A DNA stretch of 64,000 nt from Eledone cirrhosa (Eukaryota). The notes beneath the pieces are model-generated. The model was not told the origin of the DNA. It saw only the letters and a program-made list of their open reading frames with translations, and did no database searches. The stretch is from positions 61,194,001-61,258,000 of the forward strand of contig OZ024746.1 in NCBI GenBank assembly GCA_964016885.1, in the 5' to 3' direction. The position numbers and the translations under genes are program-made. The stretch's first letter is position 1. Each line of letters opens with the position of its first letter. Positions 37,871 through 52,456 of the stretch are shown piece by piece.

Positions 37871-37939
<69 letters not shown>

Positions 37940-37943
<4 letters not shown>

Positions 37944-38230
37944 ATATGGGTGAGAAGAATACTGCTGGTTGCACATGGATAACATGTTATAAAATGAGTC
38001 CCTCATCAGTGATTTACCAAACGATCATGGGTATTTCATCGCATTAAAAATGATATACCTCGCGTTGGAGCGATAATAACTAAAATAAGTTATTAGGACA
38101 ATAGAAACGCGTAAAGCGAGTGAGACAAGTAAACAACACAGGCGGAAGCTAACCGAAGATGGAAATAAACACAAGCAACATAGTTATTCTTTCAGCATAA
38201 GCTGTGTGAATATATGAGCGAGTCAGAAAT
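37940..38230. mobile_element. Repeat family D copy
   Basis: Colinear with 57781-58070; starts at a (TA)n tract. Confidence 0.8.
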
Positions 38231-38440
38231 ATTATATACACTATATACAACTATAAACAGGAAGGGTCAGTAACTCATTACTACCTTATTACCAGTAAGA
38301 AAAATAGCTCAATGTAAATACATCAGATGTTTTACAGAGCAGGAATATAAATTCTGTATATGCCTAACGCATTTGCACTCTCTATACGCTTGCATATGTA
38401 CTGCTAGTGTCCTCGTCTTACGAATAACCTTCTACCTTAA

Positions 38441-38671
38441 TGCCTCTTTAATTATTATACTATTCCCTTGTAATCTCTGTCGCATGCATTCCACTCTATG
38501 CCTCTTTAATTATTATACTATTCCCTTGTAATCTCTGTCGCATGCATTCCACTCTATGCCTCTTTAATTATTATACTATTCCCTTGTAATCTCTGTCGCA
38601 TGCATTCCACTCTATGCCTCTTTAATTATTATACAATTCTCTTGTAATCTCTGTCACATCCATTCCACTCT
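38441..38671. repeat. 58-bp minisatellite, 4 copies
   Basis: TGCCTCTTTAATTATTATACTATTCCC... at 38441, 38499, 38557 and 38615. Confidence 0.9.
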
Positions 38672-38850
38672 GTAAATACGAAACTGCTGATGACAACATT
38701 GATATCCATGTATCTATATGATTGTTCAGTTGAATAGGAAGTTAATTATATGTCCAAACTTTGCTAGTGCTCCGATGATTCCAAACGAAAGTTTGGAAGA
38801 AACGATTGTCAGCAATAAAATGATTTGAACATAGTTTTGATCATTGTGTA

Positions 38851-38921
<71 letters not shown>

Positions 38922-39013
38922 GTGATTATAGTGTAGTGCTTTGCTATTATCTTTGGTACGAACGTAGAAGTAAGTTCGTAACCTTGATTTTTTTCTAATA
39001 TTGTATAGGGCAC

Positions 39014-39061
<48 letters not shown>

Positions 39062-39065
<4 letters not shown>

Positions 39066-39303
39066 CGAAGGAGTTGTGGTAAGGAACCAGATAGACCATA
39101 ACGCACCAGAGTACTCAATACTTAGGGTAGTAGGGTGGTAATAGTCCAGAAATAGCCGTCGAAACGGCTTAAGCTCTGCCGTCGAAGTCATACTTTTTCC
39201 TATATATATATATATATATACACCCTCTTCCTGCTATATCAAGTGTTAACCTAATATATCCCTTCCATATACTGTACCGATTGTGTTGTCATTTCTGTTT
39301 ACC

Positions 39304-39383
<80 letters not shown>

Positions 39384-39508
39384 GTCGAAACGGCTTGAGC
39401 TCAGCCGTCGGGGTCTTACTGGTTCCTATTACCCACTCTACTACCCCAAGTATTGAGTACTTTGGTGCGTTATGGTCCACCTGGTTCCTTACCACATTTC
39501 CTTCGTTA
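39062..39508. mobile_element. Two further family C (Penelope terminus) fragments
   Basis: 39062-39202 has an internal strand switch at ~39143; 39384-39508 matches 18182-18305; both lie between (TA)n tracts. Confidence 0.8.
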
Positions 39509-39534
39509 TATATATATATATATATATATATATG

Positions 39535-39830
39535 GTATTAGGATTGGTGCTCTGAAATAGCGATGTATACATAAATGTATGTATAGTATATTTGGCAATT
39601 TACTGTATGTTTAATTAATAACATTTTGAAGACCATACGCTATCAGTTTTAAAGTAGTGACTATGTCACTTACTTCTTTTCTTTGGCGAAAGAAGGGACA
39701 AACTGTCTGTTTCACGCTGTTGGCGGTCATCAGAGCAACGTACTCCCCACTTTCGCCGAAGATTATAGAAGCTGGATTCTTATACAATTCCAGTAATATA
39801 CAGAGCGATTGCCGGTCCAGCAAAGAAAAA
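39535..39830 (-). mobile_element. Diverged relative of the 312-nt monomer with a partly degenerate HHR (39700-39740)
   Basis: Shares GCTCTGAAATAGCGAT, CTGTATGTTTA..ACATTT.GAAGACC and AGAGCG.TTGCCGGTCC.GCA in the same order; minus strand reads CTGATGA-cCGCcaacaGCGt-GAAAC. Confidence 0.75.
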
Positions 39831-39846
39831 AAATATATATATATAT

Positions 39847-40262
<416 letters not shown>

Positions 40263-40289
40263 ATATATATATATATATTTTATATATAT

Positions 40290-41045
40290 ACTAGCATTAA
40301 AGCCCGGCGTTGCTCGCGGTCAGTAAGTTACCAAAGTTAGGTTGCACCACCCATTTTATGGCAGCACTTTTTTGTCTGCCCGGCACTGGGTGAATGAATT
40401 GCAGACCTGGACTGCCGAAGCAGGAGCTGCGCCAGCAGTGACAATTGTAGTTTCTCTGTGCAAAGAAGTGTTGAAATTTATTGTTTCACAGTACTTGCGC
40501 AACACGCGCGTAGACGATGCAAGCCGAACAACAGTGCTGCGATGGAGTCGTTCTGCATGGTTGTCTAATGTGTGTTTTCTAAATTTAAGACAGTTGGGAG
40601 GGGTGTGATATAGGGGAGAGTTAGCTGTTGTTTCTAGCAGGTTTAGTGACTTTATAGAGGATATGTGTTTTCTAAATTTTAGACAGTAGGGAGAGGTGTG
40701 ATATGGGGGAGAGTTAGCTGCTGTTCCTAGCAGGTTTAGTGACCTCATAGAGGATATGTTTTCTAAATTTAAGACAGTAGGGAGTGGTGTGATATGGGGG
40801 AGAGTTAGCTGCTGTTTCTAGCAGGTTTAGTGACCTCATAGAGGATATGTTTTCTAAATTTAAGACAGTAGGGAGGGGTCTGATATGGGGGAGAGTTAGC
40901 TGCTGTTTCTAGCAGGTTTAGTGACCTCATAGAGGATATGTTTTCTAAATTTAAGACAGTAGGGAGGGGCATGATATGGGGGAGAGTTAAGTTCTCTTTG
41001 TGATTGAAGTAAATAAATGTTTGACCGTTCCACACTCAAAAACAA

Positions 41046-41082
<37 letters not shown>

Positions 41083-41395
41083 TCACTCTCTTCTCTCTCT
41101 CTTCGGCGTTCCTAAAGGAAGTTTGTAAGCATGTATGTAGTTTTATCGAATTTGAAGGGGAGTAGAGAGAGGTAAGCAGATTCTATTAGAGGGGTAAAAC
41201 GTCATGTATTTAGTTTTATCGATTATTTCCATAATTGTGGGTGAGTTTAAATGGAATAAATAGTCGTTGACCTAAGTTAGACCATTTACAACATTCTCAC
41301 AGACTTTGAGTCGAATTGGTTTGAAATTGTGCAAATGTTTAAACATGGAACATGTGCACACACACACACACAACAACAATCTGCCTTTTATAGAT
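40290..41395 (+). mobile_element. Helitron/Helentron-like non-autonomous element with a ~91-bp minisatellite (40575-40990)
   Basis: ACTAGCATTAAAGCCCGGCGTTGCTCG start and (CA)n...CTTTTATAGAT end; about 4.5 tandem units of TTTTCTAAATTTAAGACAGTAGGGAG... Confidence 0.6.
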
Positions 41396-41397
41396 AA

Positions 41398-41575
41398 TTG
41401 TTTCTACTTTAGGCACAAGGCCAGCAATTACCCAGTGCATTACTGGTACTTTATTGTATCGACCCCTGTAAGGATGAAAGGCAAAGTCAACCTCGGCGGG
41501 ATTTGAACTCAGATCGTAAAGGGACGTAACTATGCTGGAAAGCATGGCGTCCGACACTCTACCGATACTGCCAAT
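41398..41575 (-). mobile_element. SINE S1 copy
   Basis: Nearly identical to 8770-8945. Confidence 0.85.
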
Positions 41576-41671
41576 CCACATATATATATATAACGAAAAG
41601 AAATTGGAAATGCAAGTGGAATGTTTTACGAATATTTATTTATTTGCTTTACCGGTTTCAAATGCCAGCTC

Positions 41672-41890
41672 CTTGGGGTTGTTCTTGATGCTGTCCTTGA
41701 ACCTCATTTTCGGTTTGTGTTGAGGCCTTTTTCCAAGATGGAGCTCACCGTAAAACAGTTGCTTCGGGATCCTGCTTTCTTTCATGCGGACGATATGTCT
41801 GTCCAGGGCATTTGAGATGTTACTTGGGACTCGATGCTTGAATATTCTGCTTTAATAAGGACATGAATGTCAGGAGTTCTGTCTTGCCAC
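41672..41890 (-). pseudogene. RTE-clade LINE C-terminal fragment
   Basis: [21 protein letters not shown], then across frameshifts HIVRM and SRIPKQLFYGELHLGKRPQHKPKMRFKD. Confidence 0.75.
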
Positions 41891-41975
41891 ATACATACAT
41901 ACATACATACATACATACATACATACATACATACATACATACATACATACATACATACATACATACATACATACA

Positions 41976-42943
41976 AGTAGTCTATCTGGGACCAACAACT
42001 GCTATATTGGCTCCCACTTTGAAGGATACGCTTTTGCAATTCAAGAACAGGAAATCAACACGAAATACCTGATTCACAAAAGAGATAGGGATGCAGGCAA
42101 AACACCTAGATGTGATAACAAGTGCAGACTCTGCAGAATTAACATCGAAGATGTCACCCATGTCATAAGCAGCTGTCCAGAGATATCATGGCGGTACTAT
42201 CTGCCTATGAGGCACGATGTAATGGCCAAAACACTGTACAATGCAATCCGTAGAAAAGATAGCCCCGATAATAAACACATTAAAAGCTACAGCAATGTGG
42301 AAGACATACATATACATAATATCAATGAGTACTGGTGAAATGTTCCAGTAAAAACCCCAATAAAATGTAGGCATAACAGACAAGATATTATGATATGGGA
42401 CAGGGAAAAGAAGGCATGCACAGTAGTGGAAGTTAACTGCCCAGCAGATGACAATATAATATCAAAGATTAGCGAAAAGGAGAATATTTATGCAGAAATA
42501 ATGAGAAATCTGCAGATACTCCACCCTGATTACCTTCAGATTTATGCCTGTGATTATTGGGGCACTGGGATATGTTAGTAACTGCCTCAATACAAATCTT
42601 GAGAAGCTAGACTTCACAGGAACAGAAAGAACACAACTAGTTAGGAAATTACAAGTACAATCCATTAATGGAACAGTAAAAATATGTAAAACATTCCCAA
42701 AACTTTGCATCTAATAACTGCATATACACATGTACAGATACAAAGCGTATACACATGCACACATACAACTCAAAACATACACATACACACATACAATAAC
42801 ATCCATATCTACACATGCATGCATCCAGTCATACATATCTACCTAGTTGATGTTGTGTAAATTCCAATGAGAGAGTCTTGTAACTATGTTAGAAACCGAC
42901 CCTCTCTCTATTGGCAAAAATGAGTGAAATTATAAAACCTGAA
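41976..42943 (+). pseudogene. R4/Dong-clade LINE 3' part (CCHC knuckle + restriction-like endonuclease) inside (CATA)n
   Basis: KCRLCRINIEDVTHVISSC...RHDVMAK...HNRQDIMIWDREKK...KISEKENIY...PVIIGALG; stop and frameshift present; (CATA)n on both sides. Confidence 0.85.
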
Positions 42944-43402
42944 CATACATACATACATACATACATACATACATACATACATACATACATACATACATAC
43001 ATACATTTGTGAAGTTTTTCAGTTTTCAATAATCTATCTGCCTATGTCGACTGCCCGGTCGCCTGTCAATAAATTTACTAGATAAATCTGTTTTCAGTAT
43101 TGTGTCTTCTAATTTCTCTATGTTGTTCACACTGTAGTATTCACCCCATCACACAGACACCTACAGGCGCACACGTATAGTTTGTTTAAATATAGAAATA
43201 TCTCATCACTTTCATTTGAGATTAGTTTTAAAGGAGAATTTAATTATATTTGTACAACAATAAAAACTATTGTTTATACATAGGTTATTTCAAGTAGCAT
43301 GCCTTGATAAGGTAATCTTCAAATTAGTATATAATTACTCAGTATGAAAATTTCAAAGATTATCTTTTGTAAAAAAGCATTGTTGGAAATTCTATCTATC
43401 TT

Positions 43403-43740
43403 AGCCCCGTAGCTCCTGGTAGAGCCGTAGGGGCGTCGTATTGACATACGGCGTTTCTTAGGCATTTTAAGCCTGGCTCAGTCCATCCATTTTCAGGTCT
43501 GAATATATACAGCGGATTTCTTCCAGAGAAGGATAGATAGTGAAAGAGAAGAAATGCGAGAAAGAGATATAGAAGAAGAATCGAATCCAGTACTAGACTG
43601 GTACTTCTTTTATCGAGCTCGAATGGATGAAAGGCAAAGTTGATCTCGGTGTGATTTGAACTCAGAGAGCAGTGAGTTGGAACGAATACAACAAAGCACT
43701 CTATCCGACGTTCTAATGACACTGTTAATTTGTCGCTCAT
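43403..43740 (-). mobile_element. SINE S1 long subtype
   Basis: Homologous to 47390-47718 (reverse complement). Confidence 0.75.
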
Positions 43741-44299
43741 GTGGAAAATTAGATAAACGTAAATATTCAGGTATAAAATTAGTTATTTCCCTTTACTGAT
43801 TTATTGAATAAAACCGTAATGAAACAATTAAACAATAAAAATAAATACCCAGTACAAGAAGAAAACCTTACACGTGGAAGCAAGCTAGAGTTTAGGATAA
43901 ATTTTTACATGTGGATATAAAAGCCTTACTTTTTGACAAAGGTTCCGCTTGGGTTAGAACCCTGACGTATGGGTGATATGCTAACGAGAAGATGTGTAAA
44001 TTTTATTAATAACATCAGTTGCTGAATTTCCAATTTGTTATCAAACAAGGAAATCTTTTATAGGTGGCATCTTGATGCAATATTGGTTTACTAAGGAGCG
44101 GCTTTAAGGATAAAATTATCTACACGTCGTTTTCCCCAGACTAAGAAAAAGTGTCGAAATCTATGGCCCACATCCATCGTCTCACTAAATGGCCTTAATT
44201 AATAAATACTTTCCCACTAACCATAGTTATAAAAGACTAACAGATGTACTACCAACATGAAGAATATTATATTCCATACAACTCACCAAAGAACTAAGC

Positions 44300-44653
44300 C
44301 ATGATCTCATGTAGAAACACCAACACACTTGTAATACAGAAGCTACTATATATGAAGCCGAGGTTACCTCCACTAAACCAAAGCTCAAGATGTTGCATCA
44401 CCGCTACGTAGGTGAGATTGAAAGGAAATTGAAGAAAAATACTTTAATGATACTTCCTGTTTCAGACAATGAAAATAAGAATGTCACCAGATTATCCGAG
44501 TATACCCGGAGATTAGAATGGAACGCTTCTCGCTATACTACTTGGGAAACTATTGAAAGATCAAGATTTTTAAAGAACGGAAAAGAGGTGCGATTTTTGC
44601 ACAACGAAGATGAGCTTCATACTAAAAGTCCGCTCAAACAGAACGTTATATAA
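44300..44653 (+). pseudogene. Highly degenerate Penelope GIY-YIG remnant
   Basis: YVGEIERKLK...NVTRLSEY...YTTWETIERS parallels YIGLTACDFK...HATTLSGH...LTWSLLSRA of the intact ORF. Confidence 0.5.
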
Positions 44654-44836
44654 ACCTTAAATCAGTCTCACGTAGCTTCAGCTTAAAATACACGATATTT
44701 CATATTTTGGGGTTAATACTCAGTTCTTGATTAGTGAGAAATTTGAAAAATAAAACCAAAAGGACATACATGGTTATTTTTCAATTTTCTGGAATAAACA
44801 TTTACACATAATCACATATGTGCATATGGCACTTAT

Positions 44837-44974
<138 letters not shown>

Positions 44975-45674
44975 GTATATATACATACACATGCACGCGC
45001 ACATACAAACACACACAAACACACACGCCCGAATATATTCACACATATACCTACATATATGCACAGATTAACTGACAGGTTCACAAATTCTTGGAACTGT
45101 CTTGACTCAAAAGAAAATTTCTTGTTATTTTGCGAAAAACGTATATAAATCTAAGAGAAAAAACGTACATACAACCAATGTGTTTGTTAGTGATATAAAA
45201 TATATTTTATTAGGTTACTTGATATTTTCCAGTTATTTCATGCAATGGACACAGATTTATCTACTTTATATACTCCGTATTTGATATTCGGAAAATGTTC
45301 TTAAAATGGACAAAACGAACGAAATGTTGGTGACGTAGAATTCTGTAACTCGATTAAATATTTGGCAGCGGGAGAGATAGATAGATAGATAGATAGATTT
45401 CTTTATTAGCCACAAGGGCGCAACAAGAAAAGGGGACAATACAAAGACATGCCGGGGATTTTACATACAGTCGTGTAAAAAATATAAAAACAAACAATTT
45501 CAACAATCGAAATCCCCAATAGGGGGGAAGATAGATAGATAGATAGAGAGAGAGAGAGGGGGGGGGGGTATCGGTAGATGGATAAATAGATGGATAGATA
45601 GACAGATCGGTAGATTTTAGAATACCATATCACAATTTGAAATAGGATAAAAAGTGAAACGAACGTATAATTTT

Positions 45675-45769
<95 letters not shown>

Positions 45770-46385
45770 TAAAAGAAGACATAAAAATAAACAAGCGAAA
45801 AAGCTGTGGGAAACTAAAGAGTTGGAAAAAGCTGGAAAAATGGAATAAAAAATCAGATGAGAGACAAGGACGAGATAAAATGGGAAGGATAATATTGGAT
45901 GAAAGATTCGTGTTAAACTCCATTTATGGTTTCACAAACCTGCTAATTATCCTTACTATCTAGCATGATGATGTTTTCTACACTAATCCTCTTAATAGCC
46001 GTCAAAGATAATAACCTATAATCAGACAAGTTACTCTCCTATCCCATTAAAGTCATTAACCTCTCTATTAACTACACACAAACTTTTATTTCATTCCTTC
46101 CAGAATTAACACTTTCCAGGCCACAATCTTTGTTGTGGTCTGCTTGTTATTTTGATGTTCTTGACTTTTTGTTATGTAAGGACACATAACTCCTGATGGA
46201 GTCGTAGGGGTGCCGACCGAACATACGGTCTGGTGTGTGTCAAGGGAATTTTTAAATTGGCAAAACCCGTCCCTATCAAGATCTGAAGTTAGTTGATTTT
46301 TTCCATGTATATATACATATATATTAATATAGAAAGTGTATATACATTCATACACGCACACCCATGTATGTACAGAGAGAGAGAG

Positions 46386-46466
<81 letters not shown>

Positions 46467-46469
<3 letters not shown>

Positions 46470-46625
46470 GACACCACCACTGGACTGGAACTTCTTTTAT
46501 CAAGCTCGAAAGGATGAAATGCAAAGTTGACCTCTACGGAATTTGTATACAGAGCGGAGGGAGCTGGAACAAATATCACAAATCATTCTATATGACATTC
46601 AAACAATTCTGTCAATTCGCTGCCT
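46467..46625 (-). mobile_element. SINE S1 copy (diverged)
   Basis: GGATGAAATGCAAAGTTGACCTC core. Confidence 0.65.
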
Positions 46626-47389
46626 TCTTTCGGTAATTTAGACTTAAATGATGACTTATAGCACCGATGGCTGTATCAGTGTCAGGTAATCAGTCAAGAG
46701 ATCGGTGGGGGGTTTCCATCTTTATCACATTGCCACACCAGCAAGAAACAAATCATTCTCAGCAGCCCAATCAGCTTAGCTGAAAGATTATTCCGTATTA
46801 TACAATACTATATAGTTACTTGTTGTTCATACTGTGGTTGTGGTTGTTGTTGTTTATCTATTATCAGAAAAGAACCGCGACCAAAGTAATCCCAATTGCA
46901 TGCACCCCGCGTTTCCTTTAGATATAATTCACTAAAGATCACATCCCTTATGGTGATATACTCATTTTATAATAGTGTTGACGTTTGATTTGCAGAAAAT
47001 TTCGTTGTTATTTCTGCTGTAAGAGATATTTGGTTATTCATGTTCTTAGCAGAGGTATGGTTCGGGTTGCTTGTAGTACCAAGGTCAATATTTCTTGCAT
47101 GAAAAAACAAAAAACTACCTGCTATTGATTAACGTCAAATCAAAGAGTCCTGTGCGTCTCATCCGTTCAATGTCACGACAAACATATATAAGCAACGGCC
47201 CCATATGAATTTGAACTTTTCCTTCGCCGCCCAAAAGCTTAGGAAGAATTATTGAGAGCTTAGCTTTAAATAACGGTCAGATCAATGTGATGCCGAACTG
47301 CGAACTGAAGGATAGAGATTTTGCTTCTGGTCACCAGGTCACCAGCCATGCAAAAATGCTCCATTCTAACGCTAAAGTGATTCATTTAG

Positions 47390-47718
47390 GAAGGCGGCAA
47401 ATTGGCAGAGTCATTAAAACGTCGGTATTTCTTCTGGCTCTCTGCTCTCTGAGTTAAAATCCCGCCGAGGTCAACTTTACCTTTCATCCATTCGAGGTCG
47501 ATAAAAAAAGTACCAGTCAAGTACTGGGGTCGATTCTTCCTCTATTTCTCTTTCTCATTTCGATTCTCTAATTCTTTATCCTTCTCTGGAAGAAATCTGC
47601 TGTATTGAGACCTGGAGAGGAGATGGGCTCTGCCAGGTTTAAATAGGTCCAAGAAATGTCGTATGTCTCTACGGTGCCCCTACGGCGCTCCTACGACTCC
47701 CCCAGAGGTTACGGGAAG
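47390..47718 (+). mobile_element. SINE S1 long subtype
   Basis: GAAGGCGGCAAATTGGCAGA head, CCGCCGAGGTCAACTTTACCTTTCATCC core, shared tail. Confidence 0.8.
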
Positions 47719-47898
47719 AAAGAGAAAAAGATTCATTTAGGTGACCAAGCATACCTAAGTGTTTCTTAACCTCCATAATCCTGTACTTCATTTAAAGAAA
47801 ACGTTTTTCTCATCTATTTCATTGCTATTTCTGTCCTGGTTTCACTGTTTGGCCGCCATATGTCCTTTATTTTATCCCGCGTATACACATGCACATAG

Positions 47899-48003
<105 letters not shown>

Positions 48004-50592
48004 CACATAGAATATATTTGTATGCAGATTCATTTACAAAAGCACCCTGTTATACGTCTTCACGCACCACCTTGGTGGGATTTGAACTCAGAATGTGACG
48101 AAGCAGAACAAAGTCTAAAATGGCATTTTATCTAATGCTCTACCACCCCTCACTCTCTCTATACTATGACCACAGATGTAATGCGGTGACGGTGTCAAGA
48201 TATGAACTGCCAAACTTTTGACTGCCTATAAATTCGACCATTTGTGAAATATTTAGACACATTTCAAATTCCGAATTCCTAAATAACTAGATTAAAATAA
48301 AAGAAACAAGTATTTTTTTCATAGAGAGCATTTGTAGTCGAATGGCAAGGGTCTTTGCGAATCTAACGGATTAGTTACCCCGAGCAATTACTAAGTATGT
48401 TAAGGTGGCTCTGCAGAATTGAATAAAACTTCCTTAACTTGCCGTGTCGATTTCAATTCTTCCAATTAGGAAAAAAACGTATTTAGTGCCTTTGGCAGAT
48501 GAATAATTATCTCATTGCTCACACCTTTAATACTATGCAAACCGGACCCTTTGCCGAATCCAGTACTTTCGATGATAACGATACACCTCTACCCAACACC
48601 TTGCTTAGCAGTTAATCTTCTTTCTCGCTCCCTTAATGCTATGGATACCGGAGACAAATACTGGTTCTATAGGTTGAATTGGCTTATGGATTAGCTTAGT
48701 TAATCTTTTTCCTCCCTGAGATTTATAATATTGAGCCAAGATTTAGTTCCAGCTGGCATAATTCCAACTATGTGTCTTGCTCTGTGCCTGTCTTTACATA
48801 CGCCTATGTAATACCATTCATCAGACTATAGCGATTTAGAAAATCATGGAGAATAATTTTAAACTATTTCATAGTTCTGTTCAAAACTCATCTGTTAAAA
48901 AGAGTAGCTATTTTATCGGTATGGGGTGGATTGGCAGTAACGGAGGTTAACTTTGCTTTTCATTCTTACAGGGGTCGATAAAATAAAGTACCAGTAATGT
49001 ACTGGGATAATTGCTGGCCTTGTGCCAAAAGTAGAAACAATTATACAGCTTTTTAAAAATTATATAGTTGAATTTATAAACAATATTTTTAATGAAGCTG
49101 CGCTACTTTTATTAAAAATATTACTTTACTGCTGCTTTTATAAACAATATAAGAGACCTGTCAACTCTCCCCATCGGACGGGGAGATCTTCCATCCACTT
49201 CGGGGTGGATGAGAGATGTCTTCTTTTGTGAAAATGGGTATAGCTTTCATTATGTAAAATCTTCCCATTTTGCCTCATTTCTCCCGGTTTTGGGACACTT
49301 TTTTTCATGGAAATCTCCGTTTGGGGTTTTTAATCTCGTGGTTGAGGGTCTGAGTCATACCCACTGCCCCCTTAGTCCCCAGGACTCCCCTGGGCCTTCT
49401 CAACGACCCCCCGGGGGTGGGGGTATTGCCCACTTTGAGAACCTCTGGTTTAGAGTGACAGAAACACCGGACAAAATATTTGTCGTATTTTGTTTTCTCC
49501 CAATTCTTTCTGCGACGAAATCCTATCAGCGTGGACGTTACCATTTATCATTCCAGGATCGATAAAATTATGTAGCTGTCAAGTAATGAAATCAATTAAA
49601 TAGATTACAACACGTTCTCCCTCTTTTCCCCAAAACTTCTGGCTTTGTGCTAATATAAGAAATCATTAATTAGCTACTTACTTGAATAAATAATTAATTA
49701 CAAATACATTAATTTACTACTTCATTTATTTACCTGTCTATTGATTTGTGTAATCTATTTATATATATATATGTCTATTTATCTAATTTGGTTTTTCATT
49801 TATTTTTGTATAAAAGAAAAAGAAGAAGAAGAAGAAGAAGAAGAAGAAGAAGAAGAAGAAGAAGAAGAAGAAGAAGAAGAAGAAGAAGAAGAAGAAGAAG
49901 AAGAAGAAGAAGGGAAAATATAATGAAAATGAATATTTAGAAATATTTACTTTTTCTCATACATCGTCTGAAATATATAGAATATGAAATGGGACCTGTA
50001 AACTGACACGAAACAAATGTTTAACGAAAAAATAGAGGACAAGATTACTATTCAAACATTAAAGTGTTTAACATCTTCATGGAAGAACACACAGTGTAAT
50101 GAAGTAGCGTGAGGATGATGAAAAGGATTTCCTATGAATATACATTATATGATGAATTGTCCCTATCGTGCTGCTTGAATCTCTATTAATTTATACGGCA
50201 CCATTCTTCATTCCCGCCAAAATTCGAAGTGTTTGAAATGAAGTTTAAGAAGCTACTTTTTTCCTAAAATAAGTCTCAAAAAATCAACCATGCGTCCTGG
50301 AGGCCGAAGGTTGTTTATTATATTCTTTTTTTCAAATTTTTGGTTGTCAAAATTAGGGTGCGTCTTCGAGGACGAAGCGACTTCGGCGCCGGGAAATACG
50401 GTACTTTGCTCTTTGTTTTCATTTCCAACCTTATTTATTCTTGTTGCAAGAGAATTTGATCTTCCTTAAATCACCAAACACCAGGTAATTAACAGATTCT
50501 TCAACACCTAAGCACATGGCATATTCCGGTAAGCAGGTAGCTACAGTTAGAAGCGTGGGTTTAATGAAAACGTAATGACAAAAACAGCAGCA

Positions 50593-50644
<52 letters not shown>

Positions 50645-50944
50645 CAACAATAGCTAAAAAGCAAACGTGACCACAACAGTAGTAGCAGCAACTACAACAG
50701 CAACATCAAAGTCTATTAAGAACAAAAGCGACATTGTTAATTATGAGAAGTAAAACCGCAAAAAAATCAACGATGACAGCAACAATAGTTACAGCAACAA
50801 TAGTTGTTGTAACAGCAATAGGAATATCATTGCAATAGTTAGTGTGATGAAACAACAGCAAAGGCAACAAGAAAAATATCATCATCACCATCATCATCAT
50901 CATCATCATCAATAACAATAACAACATAAAGTAACAAAAGAAAA

Positions 50945-51560
50945 TAACTACATTGTTTGGAAATATAACAACAGCAACAACAATAACAGTAATAACAGCA
51001 ATAACAACAATAACAGCAATAACAGCAATAACAGCAATACCAGTAATAACATAACTACATTGTTTGGAAATATAATAACAGCAACAACAGCAATAACAGT
51101 AATAACAGTAATAACAGCAATAACAACAATAACAGCAATAACAGCAATACCAGTAATAACATAACTACATTGGTTGGAAATATAATAACAGCAACAACAG
51201 CAATAACAGTAATAACAGTAATAACAGTAATAACAGCAATAACAGCAATAACAGTAATAACAGCAATAACAGCAATAACAGCAATAACAGCAATGACAGT
51301 AATAACAGCAATAACAGCAATAATAGCAATAACAGTAATAACAGCAATAACAGTAATAACAGCAATAACAGTAATAACAGCAATAACAGTAATAACAGCA
51401 ATAACAGCAATAACAGCAATAACAGTAATAACAGCAATAACAGTAATAACAGCAATAACAGCAATAACAGCAATAACAGTAATAACAGCAATAACAGCAA
51501 TAACAGCAATAACAGCAACAACAGTGATAACAGTAATAACAGTAATAACAGTAATGACCA
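50945..51560. repeat. 9-bp minisatellite (AATAACAG[C/T])n with ~105-120-bp higher-order units
   Basis: ATAACTACATTG..TGGAAATATAA recurs at ~50944, ~51051 and ~51162. Confidence 0.9.
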
Positions 51561-51929
51561 GTCATACGAGAACGATAAAATAACAGCAGAACCACAACAT
51601 CAGCAGCAGAAAGAACAAGAACACCATGTCAAACATAGAAAAAAGGCCAACAATAACAACAATGACGACAATTACAACAACAACAATAATAACAGCAACA
51701 ACATCCATGTTGTAATGTCCACTTTGTGTGTCAGCCGGATAACTTATAATTCTACAAGAGAATCAGTCTAAACTGTTGATGGTTGATTTTTGACATGGCC
51801 ACAGAACCAGAATTTGTAGGATAGGAGATACCAAGTAGTTGACTGAACCCAACCTCAGTATATTACTGGTGAGGTTGTCTTCTGGCGAAACAAGACAATC
51901 AATCAGAAAAAGCGTGCTTTGAAGAGTTA

Positions 51930-52100
51930 AGTTAAAGTCTGTTCTAAGCCGAAGGCTCATCAGACCGGTGCTTGTCCCCTAGTTTCCTTGGCGTTAAGCG
52001 ACTGATAGTACAAGATACTTAGCTGAGAGTGAGTACTGAGTACCAGCAGTAACTGGGGAGTTAAACCTGCGATAGGTCGGCGTCCTGTCCAGGGAGCTTT
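51930..52100 (-). mobile_element. SINE S2 3' part; a further copy lies at 55255-55470 (+)
   Basis: TTAAAGTCTGTTCTAAGCCGAAGGCTC...TTCCTTGGCGTTAAGCGACTGA matches 24850-24920 and the reverse complement of 55410-55467. Confidence 0.7.
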
Positions 52101-52456
52101 GTTGAGCTCTAAGTAAACTGTTGGAGATCCAAATCTGTGCGTCTGTCTCGATACAAATTGTCCAATGACACATTCACTTTATATCATTGTAATTAAACAT
52201 TGTAAACCATTATTTCTACCAGTTATAAAGCTGCAGTCTTTTGTGTGCCTGCCTTTTTTCAATAGGGTCGTTTGTGATAACGCTGAAGACTTTTGTGATT
52301 GAAAATGAAAAAAGACACTGGAATTAGTTCCAACTATATTCTCAAAGCTAACAAGAAGACTTTAACTTAATGCAACGATTCAACGAGAAACTACTGCTGG
52401 TTCTGGCTGTAGTGAAAATACTGCCACACTGTGATTGAGTGTTGAGGATTTTGGCC

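Noticed and set aside
50948-51595. Cys/Tyr-rich and poly-Leu ORFs
   Set aside because: Products of the 9-bp AATAACAGC minisatellite.
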